A stretch of DNA of 10,383 nt from a virus, in the UHGV virus genome UHGV-0129844. The stretch is one strand, 5' to 3'. Of this stretch, positions 1-6,958 are shown in pieces. Below the pieces are notes generated by a model. It worked only from the letters and a program-made list of their open reading frames with translations. It ran no database searches and was not told the DNA's origin. The translations under genes were made by a program, and so were the position numbers. Position 1 is the first letter of the stretch; every line of letters starts with the position of its first letter.

Positions 1-55
1 GGCAGACGATGATGCAGATAACCAGAGCGGAGATAATCGCGGTTACTCTGCTCAT
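1..55 (-). CDS. Rz: Rz spanin inner-membrane subunit, N-terminal 18 codons only (gene runs off the window edge)
   Basis: Reverse complement of 1-55 reads ATG AGC AGA GTA ACC GCG ATT ATC TCC GCT CTG GTT ATC TGC ATC ATC GTC TGC = [18 protein letters not shown], the lambda Rz N-terminus as I remember it. The ATG (55..53) overlaps the R stop codon (ATGA), as in lambda. Confidence 0.8.
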   Translation of the reverse strand, partial: MSRVTAIISALVICIIVC

Positions 56-528
56 ACATCAATCTCTCTGACCGTTCCGCCAGCCTCTTTGAATTTTGCA
101 ATCAGGCTGTCAGCCTTATGCTCGAACTGACCATAACCAGCGCCCGGCAGTGAAGCCCAGATATTACTGCAGCGGTCGATAGCCTGACGGATATCACCGC
201 GATCAATCATCGGTAAAGCACCACGCTCCTTAATCTGCTGCAGTGCAACAGCGTCCTGGCTTTTAGGAGAGAAGTCTTTCAGGCCAAGCTGCTTACGGTA
301 GGCATCCCACCAACGGGAAAGAAGCTGGTAACGTCCGGCTGCTGTTGATTTGAGTTTGGGGTTTAGCGTGACAAGTTTGCGAGGGTGATCTGAGTAATCA
401 GTGAATAGCTCTCCGCCTACAATGACGTCATAACCATGATTTCTGGTTTTCTGCCGTCCGTTATCAGTTCCCTCTGACCACGCCAGCATATCGAGGAACG
501 CCTTACGTTGATTATTGATTTCCACCAT
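52..528 (-). CDS. R: Endolysin R (lytic transglycosylase), 158 aa
   Basis: The supplied translation [39 protein letters not shown]...GGTVREIDV matches lambda R essentially along its full length (from memory). It lies immediately downstream of S with overlapping start and stop. Confidence 0.96.
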   Translation of the reverse strand: MVEINNQRKAFLDMLAWSEGTDNGRQKTRNHGYDVIVGGELFTDYSDHPRKLVTLNPKLKSTAAGRYQLLSRWWDAYRKQLGLKDFSPKSQDAVALQQIKERGALPMIDRGDIRQAIDRCSNIWASLPGAGYGQFEHKADSLIAKFKEAGGTVREIDV

Positions 529-835
529 CTTCTACTCCGGCTTTTTTAGCAGCGAAGCGTTTGATAAGCGAACCAATCGAGTCAGTGCCGATGTAGCCGA
601 TGAACACGCTCGTTATATAAGCGAGATTGCTACTTAGTCCGGCGAAGTCGAGAAGGTCACGAATGAACCAGGCGATAATGGCGCACATCGTTGCGTCGAT
701 TACTGTTTTTGTAAACGCACCGCCATTATATCTGCCGCGAAGGTACGCCATTGCAAACGCAAGGATTGCCCCGATGCCTTGTTCCTTTGCCGCGAGAATG
801 GCGGCTAACAGGTCATGTTTTTCTGGCATCTTCAT
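512..835 (-). CDS. S: Holin/antiholin S (S107 from Met1, S105 from Met3 at 829), class I holin
   Basis: The translation [45 protein letters not shown]... is lambda S with the characteristic Met-Lys-Met dual start. The upstream sequence CCCCTTATTGGGGGTAAGAC-ATG is the sdi stem-loop plus Shine-Dalgarno arrangement. Confidence 0.96.
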   Translation of the reverse strand: MKMPEKHDLLAAILAAKEQGIGAILAFAMAYLRGRYNGGAFTKTVIDATMCAIIAWFIRDLLDFAGLSSNLAYITSVFIGYIGTDSIGSLIKRFAAKKAGVEDGGNQ

Positions 836-1077
836 GTCTTACCCCCAATAAGGGGATTTGCTCTATTTAATTAGGAATAAGGTCGATTACTGATAGAACA
901 AATCCAGGCTACTGTGTTTAGTAATCAGATTTGTTCGTGACCGATATGCACGGGCAAAACGGCATGAGGTTGTTAGCGCAACCCCTTGCCACCCGCTTTC
1001 ACGAAGATCATGTGTAGAAGGCCGCAGCGTAACTATCACTGATGAATTCAGAATAGCCAGTGGCTACGGCTCAGTTA

Positions 1078-1153
1078 TGGTGCTGGTTAACGGACTTGAA
1101 CCGCTACCCATTCGCTTACAAGACGACTGCTCTACCATTAGAGCTAAACCAGC
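1078..1153 (-). tRNA. tRNA-like gene, 76 nt, anticodon UGU (Thr-like), encoded CCA end
   Basis: Reverse complement: GCTGGTT TA GCTC TAATGGTA GAGC A GTCGT CTTGTAA GCGAA TGGGT AGCGG TTCAAGT CCGTT AACCAGC A CCA. Hand-folded: perfect 7-bp acceptor stem, 4-bp D stem with a GG-containing D loop, T arm with TTCAAGT loop, 7-nt anticodon loop cUUGUaa. The anticodon stem has one G.A mismatch and one G.U pair. The acceptor stem GCUGGUU resembles tRNA-Thr families. Confidence 0.6.
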
Positions 1154-1158
1154 ATGTT

Positions 1159-1233
1159 TGGCGGGACAGCGTGGACTCGAACCACGATAAGAAGGTTAAC
1201 AGCCTTCCGTAATGACCTTTATACGACTGACCC
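1159..1233 (-). tRNA. tRNA-like gene, 75 nt, anticodon GUU (Asn-like), encoded CCA end; possibly degenerate
   Basis: Reverse complement: GGGTCAG TC GTAT AAAGGTCA TTAC G GAAGG CTGTTAA CCTTC TTAT CGTGG TTCGAGT CCACG CTGTCCC G CCA. Perfect 5-bp anticodon and T stems, anticodon loop cUGUUaa and T loop GGTTCGAGTCC as in tRNA-Asn. The acceptor stem has one T.T mismatch (positions 4-69) and the D stem is weak, so it may be a pseudo-tRNA. Confidence 0.5.
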
Positions 1234-1296
1234 AAATAAAAAATCCCGAAACCGTTATGCAGGCTCTAACTATTACCTGCGAACTGTTTCGGGATT
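1234..1296 (-). terminator. tR' intrinsic terminator (end of the 6S RNA), read through only by Q-modified RNA polymerase
   Basis: Plus-strand ATCCCGAAAC (1243-1252) pairs perfectly with GTTTCGGGAT (1287-1296). On the minus-strand RNA the hairpin is followed by AUUUUUUAUUU (1234-1244). The sequence matches the lambda tR' region from memory. Confidence 0.8.
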
Positions 1297-1426
1297 GCAT
1301 TTTACAGACCTCTCAGCCTGCGATGGTTGGAGTTCCAGACGATGCGTCGAAGTGACCAACTAGGCGGAATCGGTAGTAAGCGCCGCCTCTTTTTATCTCA
1401 CTACCACAACGAGCGAATTAACCCAT
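1236..1426 (-). ncRNA. 6S RNA (short PR' transcript ending at tR')
   Basis: The transcript would begin at AUGGGUUAAUUCGCUCGUUGUGGUAGUGAG about 7 nt downstream of the PR' -10 element and end in the tR' U-tract. This is lambda-like throughout, by memory. Confidence 0.7.
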
Positions 1427-1430
1427 TGTT

Positions 1431-1465
1431 GAGTCAAATTTACCCAACTTTATTCAATAAGTCAA
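1431..1465 (-). promoter_or_regulatory. Late promoter PR' with the Q-utilisation (qut) region
   Basis: On the minus strand: -35 TTGACT (plus-strand agtcaa, 1460-1465), 17-bp spacer, -10 TAAATT (plus-strand aattta, 1437-1442). This is the same arrangement as lambda PR'. Q is encoded immediately upstream. Confidence 0.8.
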
Positions 1466-1507
1466 TATCATGCCGTTAATATGTTGCCATCCGTGGCAAT
1501 CATGCTG

Positions 1508-2131
1508 CTAACGTGTGACCGCATTCAAAATGTTGTCTGCAATTGACTCTTCCTTGTGGCATTGCACCACCAGAGCGTCATACAGCGGCTTAACAGTGCG
1601 TGACCAGGTGGGTTGAGTAAGATTTGGGATTAGCATCGTTACAGCGCGATATGCGGCGCTTGCTGGCATCCTTGAATAGCCGACGCCTTTGCATCTTCCG
1701 CATTCTTTCTCAACAACTCTCCCCCACTGCTCTGTTTTTGCTATATCAACCGCACGGCCTGTACCGTGACAATCTCTGCATCTTGCGCCCGGCGTCGCGG
1801 CACTACGGCAATAATCCGCATAAGCGAATGTTGCGAGCACTTGCAGTACCTTTGCCTTAGTATTTCCTTCAAGCTTTGCAACGCCACGGTATTTCCCCGA
1901 TACCTTGTGTGCAAATTGCATCAGATAGTTGATAGCCTTTTGTTTGTCGTTCTGGCTGAGTTCATGCTTACCGCAGAATGCAGCCATTCCGAATCCGGCT
2001 TGTGATTGCGCCATCCCCATAGCAGCCATCACATCAGTACCGGAAAGAGAGTCAGAAGCCGTAGCCCGTGGTGAGTCACTCATCATTGGGCTTTTTGGCG
2101 AATGAAATTTAGCTACGCTTTCGAGTCTCAT
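1508..2131 (-). CDS. Q: Late-gene antiterminator Q, 207 aa
   Basis: The translation [27 protein letters not shown]...[37 protein letters not shown]... is lambda Q along its full length (memory). The start overlaps the stop of the upstream phosphatase gene. Confidence 0.96.
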   Translation of the reverse strand: MRLESVAKFHSPKSPMMSDSPRATASDSLSGTDVMAAMGMAQSQAGFGMAAFCGKHELSQNDKQKAINYLMQFAHKVSGKYRGVAKLEGNTKAKVLQVLATFAYADYCRSAATPGARCRDCHGTGRAVDIAKTEQWGRVVEKECGRCKGVGYSRMPASAAYRAVTMLIPNLTQPTWSRTVKPLYDALVVQCHKEESIADNILNAVTR

Positions 2132-2793
2132 GCGCCTTCTCCCTGTACCTGAATCAATGTGAGGTTTCCGCAGAACACTGCGCCGGTATCGATATACATC
2201 TGGTTGGCAAACTTGAGTGGTTTCACTGCTGGCGTATGACCAAAGATGAACGTGTCCGCGCCTTTGATTTCTTTCACGATCCCGTCTTGTGAGTTGCTGA
2301 TTCGTTCGCGGTTCCAGATTACCTGCTGATGATCAACTGGCTTTCCAAACTCGTATTCGTCACAGGGATAATCGGCGTGGCAGATGACATATTTTTTACC
2401 TTCGCTCACCAGTTCGATGATTAACGGAAGTTCATCTGCTTTATGGGCAAGAGCTTTAGCCAGAATTTCTTTGTCGTAATCGAGATTAAAGAACCAGCCA
2501 CCGCCATTAAACAGCCAGTGATTGACGTTTCCACGCTCTGATAAGCCATCAATCATCATTTGCTCATGGTTTCCACGTACAGCTCGGAACCAGGGGAATG
2601 TGATTAATTCCAGACATTCGACGTTCTCTGTACCGCGATCAACCAAATCGCCCACCGAGATAAGCAGGTCTTTTTTGGTGTCGAATCCTATCGTCTCCAG
2701 TTTTTTCATCAGGTTCGTGTAGCATCCGTGCAGATCGCCAACTACCCAAACATTTCGGTATTTGCTGCCATCAATTCTTTCGTAATAGCGCAT
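2128..2793 (-). CDS. Ser/Thr protein phosphatase (lambda orf221/NinI-like metallophosphatase), 221 aa
   Basis: From the ATG at 2793 the protein is [25 protein letters not shown]...GNHEQ..., carrying the calcineurin-like metallophosphatase motifs GDLHG, GDLVDRG and GNHE, and is close to the lambda phosphatase. The 246-aa ORF in the track starts 25 codons upstream (2868), but the lambda-like start with GGAG upstream is preferred. Confidence 0.9.
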   Translation of the reverse strand: MRYYERIDGSKYRNVWVVGDLHGCYTNLMKKLETIGFDTKKDLLISVGDLVDRGTENVECLELITFPWFRAVRGNHEQMMIDGLSERGNVNHWLFNGGGWFFNLDYDKEILAKALAHKADELPLIIELVSEGKKYVICHADYPCDEYEFGKPVDHQQVIWNRERISNSQDGIVKEIKGADTFIFGHTPAVKPLKFANQMYIDTGAVFCGNLTLIQVQGEGA

Positions 2794-2977
2794 CTCTTTC
2801 ACTCCATCCGCGATGAACCATGAGAACGTCGTTGACGATGGCGTGCATTTTCCCGTCTTTATCATCAACGTATTTTCTTACCGTGCCGCGACTACATTTC
2901 AGTCTGCGTGCCACTTCTGTCTGGTTTCCGTATGCTTCAACGAGCATGTCTGGAATGGTTTTTACTGAGAACGTCAT
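2771..2977 (-). CDS. ninH: NinH, 68 aa
   Basis: [37 protein letters not shown]... matches lambda NinH (orf68) from memory. It is an Fis-like helix-turn-helix protein. The ATG overlaps the ninG stop. Confidence 0.88.
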   Translation of the reverse strand: MTFSVKTIPDMLVEAYGNQTEVARRLKCSRGTVRKYVDDKDGKMHAIVNDVLMVHRGWSERDALLRKN

Positions 2978-3585
2978 GCGGCCTCACTTCTGCTATTTCG
3001 CAGGTCTTTGAGTTTCTGCTGATACTCCGCCTTGATGGCCCTGCACTCTTCGACAGTCCAGCGATGGCGGCTATGGTTTGATTCGATTTCGTCTACTGCT
3101 TCCTGCCCGATGCGGCTAATAAGTTCGACGCGATACGGAACGAGATTTCCGCTTTTGTGCTGGTTGCACACCACGCATTGCTTGTGAATATTGCGTTCAT
3201 CAAATCGGAGTTGAGGTGCCGCAGCAGTTGTCCGGTAATGCCCGGCATCCCACTGAGCAGACGTGAGCGTTCCGCACGAGATACATGGTAAATTGCGGTC
3301 TCTTTCTCTGATGAAGGCGTTTACGGCTTGTTGGGCTTGTTTAATCCAGTAACTGCGGGGCTTTAAGGCGAGTTTTCGAATCTTAAGTTTATCTTTCTGT
3401 TTCTGATCCTCTCGTCGTCGTTTCTTTTCTGCTGCTTTTTCCGCTTTTTCGCGTTCTTTACTTCGTCGTTCGAGTGCTATCTTTGTTCCACACTCTGGAG
3501 AGCACCACCACTGATTAGCGAATGCAGGGTGAAACCATTCCCGACATTCTTCGTTTTTACATCGTCTTCGCGCTGGTTTAGCCAT
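2974..3585 (-). CDS. ninG: NinG / Rap recombination-associated endonuclease, 203 aa
   Basis: [47 protein letters not shown]... matches lambda NinG and carries several Cys clusters. The ATG overlaps the ninF stop. Confidence 0.92.
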   Translation of the reverse strand: MAKPARRRCKNEECREWFHPAFANQWWCSPECGTKIALERRSKEREKAEKAAEKKRRREDQKQKDKLKIRKLALKPRSYWIKQAQQAVNAFIRERDRNLPCISCGTLTSAQWDAGHYRTTAAAPQLRFDERNIHKQCVVCNQHKSGNLVPYRVELISRIGQEAVDEIESNHSRHRWTVEECRAIKAEYQQKLKDLRNSRSEAA

Positions 3586-3748
3586 CGTCTTCTTCCTCGT
3601 ACATTGAGCTATTCGGATCGCTCATCAGTTCTGCGCAGCAATCGGCGCACACGTGAACTTCCAGCACATGCAGCTTCTGACCGCAGTTAGCGCACGTTAA
3701 AGCTCGCTCGACGCTTTCTTGTTCGTAACTTCGATTTGGGTCAATCAC
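3578..3748 (-). CDS. ninF: NinF, 56 aa (not in the supplied ORF track; hand-translated)
   Basis: Reverse complement of 3578-3748 reads GTG ATT GAC CCA AAT CGA ... = (M)[55 protein letters not shown], close to lambda NinF. The apparent GTG start overlaps the ninE stop (GTGA). Confidence 0.75.
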   Translation of the reverse strand: MIDPNRSYEQESVERALTCANCGQKLHVLEVHVCADCCAELMSDPNSSMYEEEDDG

Positions 3749-3927
3749 CTTGTATGCCTCGCACGTTCTCTAAGCCACCGGATATCCCACAGGTGAGCCG
3801 TGTAGTTGAAGGTTTTTACGTCAGATTCTTTTGGGATTGGCTTGCGTTTATTTCTGGAGCGCTTCGTTGGAAGGTATTTGCAGTTTTCGCAGATGATGTC
3901 GGTGATACTTCGTCGCTGTCGCCTCAT
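3745..3927 (-). CDS. ninE: NinE, 60 aa
   Basis: From the internal Met of the 90-aa track ORF: [60 protein letters not shown], matching lambda NinE. The ATG (3927..3925) overlaps the methyltransferase stop as ATGA. Confidence 0.85.
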   Translation of the reverse strand: MRRQRRSITDIICENCKYLPTKRSRNKRKPIPKESDVKTFNYTAHLWDIRWLRERARHTR

Positions 3928-4451
3928 GCCGCCCTCCTGACGCCCTGCCCGATCGCCATCAATGCCGCTTTGGATACGGTAGTAAACATCCGTCGAGGAC
4001 TGATGAACGGTCGCCAAATCAGCAGCATGGAGCCTTTGCTGTTTCCCTTCTTCTCCAGCCCTGTCGATGGTTCGATAAAATTAATCCGTCCATCAGTGAT
4101 AATGCGAACTTCGTCGACACTCTCCAGAGCCTTGCTGAACCATCCGACTGACATATCCTCTGGCACAAGCATCACTACCGCCTGTCGCTGTTGTATGCAC
4201 TGCTCAGCGGCTTTTTCCACCCACGGTCTGATATTGCTGTAAGGTGGGTTATTCCAGATTGCACCGTAGCTTATCCACTCAGAATTGAGCGCGTCGTCGG
4301 CCTCAGTTAGCCAGTGAGCGCACAGAGCATTTTTGTCGCTCGCTGCTGAATCCAGCCAGAATCCAAACTCAATATCCAGCGCATCAAAAAGCCAAAGCGG
4401 CGTTTGCCAGCAGTCCTTGTCGTGTGCTGGCGTATTTGATTTGATAGTCAT
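3924..4451 (-). CDS. Phage Dam-like DNA N6-adenine methyltransferase, about 175 aa
   Basis: The protein contains [12 protein letters not shown] and the NPPY motif (methyltransferase motif IV), typical of the small phage N6-adenine methyltransferase family. The preferred start ATG at 4451 overlaps the ninB stop (ATGA); an alternative upstream ATG exists at 4478. Confidence 0.78.
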   Translation of the reverse strand: MTIKSNTPAHDKDCWQTPLWLFDALDIEFGFWLDSAASDKNALCAHWLTEADDALNSEWISYGAIWNNPPYSNIRPWVEKAAEQCIQQRQAVVMLVPEDMSVGWFSKALESVDEVRIITDGRINFIEPSTGLEKKGNSKGSMLLIWRPFISPRRMFTTVSKAALMAIGQGVRRAA

Positions 4452-4894
4452 GCAGCCTTCCCTTTTCGTTGTGACCATTCATACTCTCGCCGGGAGTCAT
4501 CACTCCACCGCACGTTGCGCTCTGAGCCGAACCAGAACATGATTTCGATAAGCTCAGTCATGCTGGACTTTCGCATTTTGCTGGTACGCACGCCAAGCAT
4601 AACAACGCCACCGTCGATACCAGGCACACTTCGTTGCTCCAGTTTTTTGGTCTTAAGCCACAGGGCAGTGAACAGATCTTTCCAGTCTTCCGGCGCCAGC
4701 CGTTGACCATGCCATAGCACCTGACGCGAAACATCGTTCAGCATCGGCCACATACGGTCATTCTGCGCTTTGCTGCGTTTGGGTTCTCTAACGTGGACTT
4801 CGTGGGGTGACTTGTCGTCGATGGGTAGTGAGAGAATGGCGTCTATGGCGTTATTTCTGATTGCTTCGTTACGAAGCATGTATATTTGCTTCAT
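4448..4894 (-). CDS. ninB: NinB family recombination protein, 148 aa
   Basis: MKQIYMLRNEAIRNNAIDAILSLP...QNDRMWPMLNDVSRQVLWHGQRL...[20 protein letters not shown] resembles lambda NinB (orf146) in conserved blocks (QNR-W, DVSRQV-WHG, WSD-EW) and sits in the expected nin position. Confidence 0.82.
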   Translation of the reverse strand: MKQIYMLRNEAIRNNAIDAILSLPIDDKSPHEVHVREPKRSKAQNDRMWPMLNDVSRQVLWHGQRLAPEDWKDLFTALWLKTKKLEQRSVPGIDGGVVMLGVRTSKMRKSSMTELIEIMFWFGSERNVRWSDDSRREYEWSQRKGKAA

Positions 4895-5222
4895 CGAAAT
4901 TCTTCTCTTTAATTCCAGCGGCTCTGATAGCTTTCATCACTGCAATTACCGTTTTGTCCTTCCCATCCTCATGCCCCATCGCATAAGCACCTTCTTCACC
5001 ATCTTTCCAAAAGTCGTCATTCGATTCTGGCCAGTCGATATCCAGTTCAATAGCTGCTCGCGATGCCTGCCATAAAGTCCACCACTCATTTAAGGAGTGA
5101 CGAATATCCATGCTTGAAAATGCGAAGTACCTATCACCATTTCTTGCCTCGGTTATCATCTCGAATGGTAATCTCAATTTTTTGGCAACGTATTCCTCAA
5201 ACTGCTTTCTTGATTCGTCCAT
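4869..5222 (-). CDS. Hypothetical acidic protein, 117 aa, function unknown
   Basis: An uninterrupted ORF on the operon strand with a GAGGG motif upstream of the ATG, whose stop overlaps the ninB start by 26 bp. I do not recognise the family. Confidence 0.5.
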   Translation of the reverse strand: MDESRKQFEEYVAKKLRLPFEMITEARNGDRYFAFSSMDIRHSLNEWWTLWQASRAAIELDIDWPESNDDFWKDGEEGAYAMGHEDGKDKTVIAVMKAIRAAGIKEKNFDEANIHAS

Positions 5223-5239
5223 CGATACTTACCCTCAAT

Positions 5240-5446
5240 TCAACTAACAAAACGCCACGCCATTTTTGCTACGACAACAGGCATAACACCGATAATCACC
5301 CAGACAAATGCAGCGCCAAACAACGTATACCATGGGTCTTTACCGTCATTCACAAGACGAATGTAGCTATGCAGAACAATAAAAAACGTCAGAAGAATCC
5401 ATCCAACGCCAACGCATTTGAATGCGACGAGCATAAACTCAGCCAC
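5240..5446 (-). CDS. Hypothetical small membrane protein, 68 aa (or 64 aa from the internal ATG), two predicted transmembrane helices
   Basis: Two hydrophobic stretches (WILLTFFIVLHSYI and LFGAAFVWVIIGVMPVVVA). GGAG lies 8 nt upstream of the GTG start at 5446; an ATG follows 4 codons later. It sits directly downstream of the tR2-like terminator. Confidence 0.45.
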   Translation of the reverse strand: MAEFMLVAFKCVGVGWILLTFFIVLHSYIRLVNDGKDPWYTLFGAAFVWVIIGVMPVVVAKMAWRFVS

Positions 5447-5461
5447 GATTTACTCTCCCCC

Positions 5462-5492
5462 AAATAAAAAGACCTGCGATTACCAGCAGGCC
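5462..5492 (-). terminator. tR2-like intrinsic terminator between the replication genes and the nin region
   Basis: Minus-strand RNA: GGCCUGC (5492-5486), loop UGGUAAUC, GCAGGUC (5477-5471), giving a 7-bp stem with one G.U pair, followed by UUUUUAUUU (5470-5462). Lambda has tR2 at the same position relative to the replication genes. Confidence 0.55.
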
Positions 5493-5521
5493 TGTTATTA
5501 GCTCAGTGATGTAGATGGTCA

Positions 5522-6958
5522 TCAGAATCCTCCTTTCTTCTTGGACTGCGGTTCCTCGCGTTCACGGCGGCGCATTTCAGCAGACTGTTGGTCTGTGTCA
5601 TAAATAGCGCCATTTGCCTGAATGCAATACACCGTGCCGGTATTGCCATGACGATTGAGGCGAAGGATTAGTTCGGTTTCACCAGGTGGAACACTGTCAT
5701 CAAAAGCACCTTCACGATGGATCCCCACCCAATAATCGCAATCCTGTTCAATCTGCCCTGTATCTCGTGAGTCACTTGGCAATGGGCGTTTATTGGTTCG
5801 GCTTTCCAGTGCGCGGTTAAGCTGTGTCAGAAGCACAACAACGCAATCAAGCTCTTTGGCAAGGTTCTTCAGTCCTTTGGTGATCATGCCGTAAGCAAGG
5901 TCGTTGCGATCGGCCTTTTCAGCGGTCATTAGTGTCAGGTAATCGACCAGAATCATGCCAACACATCCTTTTTCTCGCTTGATTCGACGGCTTTCGCTGA
6001 CGATTTGAGACAGAGATAATCCCGGCGTGTCGTCGATGTAAAGCAGGTCGATTTCACTCAAGCGATTGGCTGTTTCGATCGCCCTGTTGAAGTCACCATC
6101 GTAATCACCCTGATAGCCGTCATCAGCGTCATTTGTCGCCGGAAGGTAAAAAATATTCGGGTTAACACCTGACTTCTGTCCTACCAGTTTTTCCAGTATC
6201 TGGTCACCGGGCATTTCAAGGCTGAACATCAGAGCGGGCTTTTTCTCATGCACTGCGCAGTTGATTGCCATCTGGCTGTATAGCGTCGTTTTCCCCATCT
6301 TAGGGCGAGCGCCAATGACAAACAGAGAGCCTTTCACCAGGCCTTTCGGTGACAGCATCCTGTCCAGCGATGGGATCCCTGTGCTCATTCCTCGTTGTTC
6401 GCCTGACGGGTCAAATCGCTTCTCAAGGTCGCTAACCCAGTCTTCCATGACCTCACCAAATGAGCGAAGGCCGCGACGCGATCCGGTTTTTGCATGGTCT
6501 GTCAGTTGCGTGAAAATCGACTGAATAGCTTCGTACTTCTGCGTTGCAGTCATTCCGTTGCGGGAATAGAGCAATTCCGTCGCTTCAGTCATGCGGTTGA
6601 TGGCGTAGCGTTCCATTGCGGTTTCACGAACCTGCATTGCATAGGCAACGATGTTTGCTGCGCTTGGCGTGTTCTTTGCGATCTCAGCGATATAAGCAAA
6701 ACCGCCAACAGACACCGTTAACGATTTACGCTCCAGTTCATCGAAAAGCGTCAGGCCATCTACTGGCTTTTGCTCACGGTGCATTCTGGTTATTTCTTCG
6801 AAAATGATTTTGTGTGGTCGGCTGTAAAATGAATCAGGCTTCAGCATCGCCAGGACTTTCTGGACGCGCTCACTGCTGTCATCATCCAGAAGCAATCCAC
6901 CAATCACCGCCTGCTCTGCCTCGATGCTATGGGGCGGCGCATAAAAATTATCGGTCAT
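5522..6958 (-). CDS. DnaB-family replicative DNA helicase, about 478 aa
   Basis: Walker A motif GARPKMGKTTL, a DnaB-type N-terminal domain (SIEAEQAVIGGLLLD) and C-terminal RecA-like domain, similar in layout to P22 gp12-type phage helicases. The ATG at 6958 (MTDNFYAPP...) is preferred over the GTG at 6973 that the ORF track uses. Confidence 0.9.
   Translation of the reverse strand: MTDNFYAPPHSIEAEQAVIGGLLLDDDSSERVQKVLAMLKPDSFYSRPHKIIFEEITRMHREQKPVDGLTLFDELERKSLTVSVGGFAYIAEIAKNTPSAANIVAYAMQVRETAMERYAINRMTEATELLYSRNGMTATQKYEAIQSIFTQLTDHAKTGSRRGLRSFGEVMEDWVSDLEKRFDPSGEQRGMSTGIPSLDRMLSPKGLVKGSLFVIGARPKMGKTTLYSQMAINCAVHEKKPALMFSLEMPGDQILEKLVGQKSGVNPNIFYLPATNDADDGYQGDYDGDFNRAIETANRLSEIDLLYIDDTPGLSLSQIVSESRRIKREKGCVGMILVDYLTLMTAEKADRNDLAYGMITKGLKNLAKELDCVVVLLTQLNRALESRTNKRPLPSDSRDTGQIEQDCDYWVGIHREGAFDDSVPPGETELILRLNRHGNTGTVYCIQANGAIYDTDQQSAEMRRREREEPQSKKKGGF

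Noticed and set aside
627-851. 74-aa plus-strand ORF antisense to S
   Set aside because: It lies entirely inside the S holin gene on the opposite strand, with no ribosome-binding site or recognisable protein. It is a shadow ORF of a highly conserved gene.
949-990. Imperfect hairpin followed by GUUUUG on the late-transcript strand, between the tRNAs and S
   Set aside because: The U-tract is weak and the structure appears to be part of the conserved lambda late leader upstream of S. The late transcript must read through to S, so I treat it as an RNA structure and not as a terminator.
1154-1363. 69-aa plus-strand ORF across the tRNA and tR' region
   Set aside because: It overlaps the tRNA-like genes and the tR' hairpin on the opposite strand, and the region is explained by the PR'-6S-tR'-tRNA unit.
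2794-2868. 25-codon N-terminal extension of the phosphatase ORF ([12 protein letters not shown]...)
   Set aside because: The lambda-type phosphatase begins at MRYYE with a GGAG upstream. The extension overlaps ninH and is probably not translated, though this is not excluded.
2820-3011. Antisense ORFs inside Q, the phosphatase, ninG/H, the methyltransferase and ninB (1624-1860, 1766-2005, 2522-2722, 2820-3011, 3736-4242, 4333-4542, 4515-4706, 4770-5075)
   Set aside because: All lie opposite to well-supported lambda-like genes, have low-complexity or Arg/Ser/Cys-rich composition, and lack ribosome-binding sites. They are frame shadows.
3745-4017. 90-aa extended version of ninE
   Set aside because: Homology to lambda NinE begins at the internal Met (MRRQRRS, ATG at 3927). 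The upstream 30 codons overlap the methyltransferase gene in another frame.
5063-5467. 134-aa plus-strand ORF opposite the 117-aa and 68-aa genes
   Set aside because: It runs against the operon direction, has no ribosome-binding site, and its translation is compositionally atypical.
6261-6807. Plus-strand ORFs inside the helicase gene (6261-6524, 6494-6721, 6616-6807) and the initiator gene (6960-7319)
   Set aside because: They are antisense to strongly supported DnaB-type helicase and initiator coding sequence.
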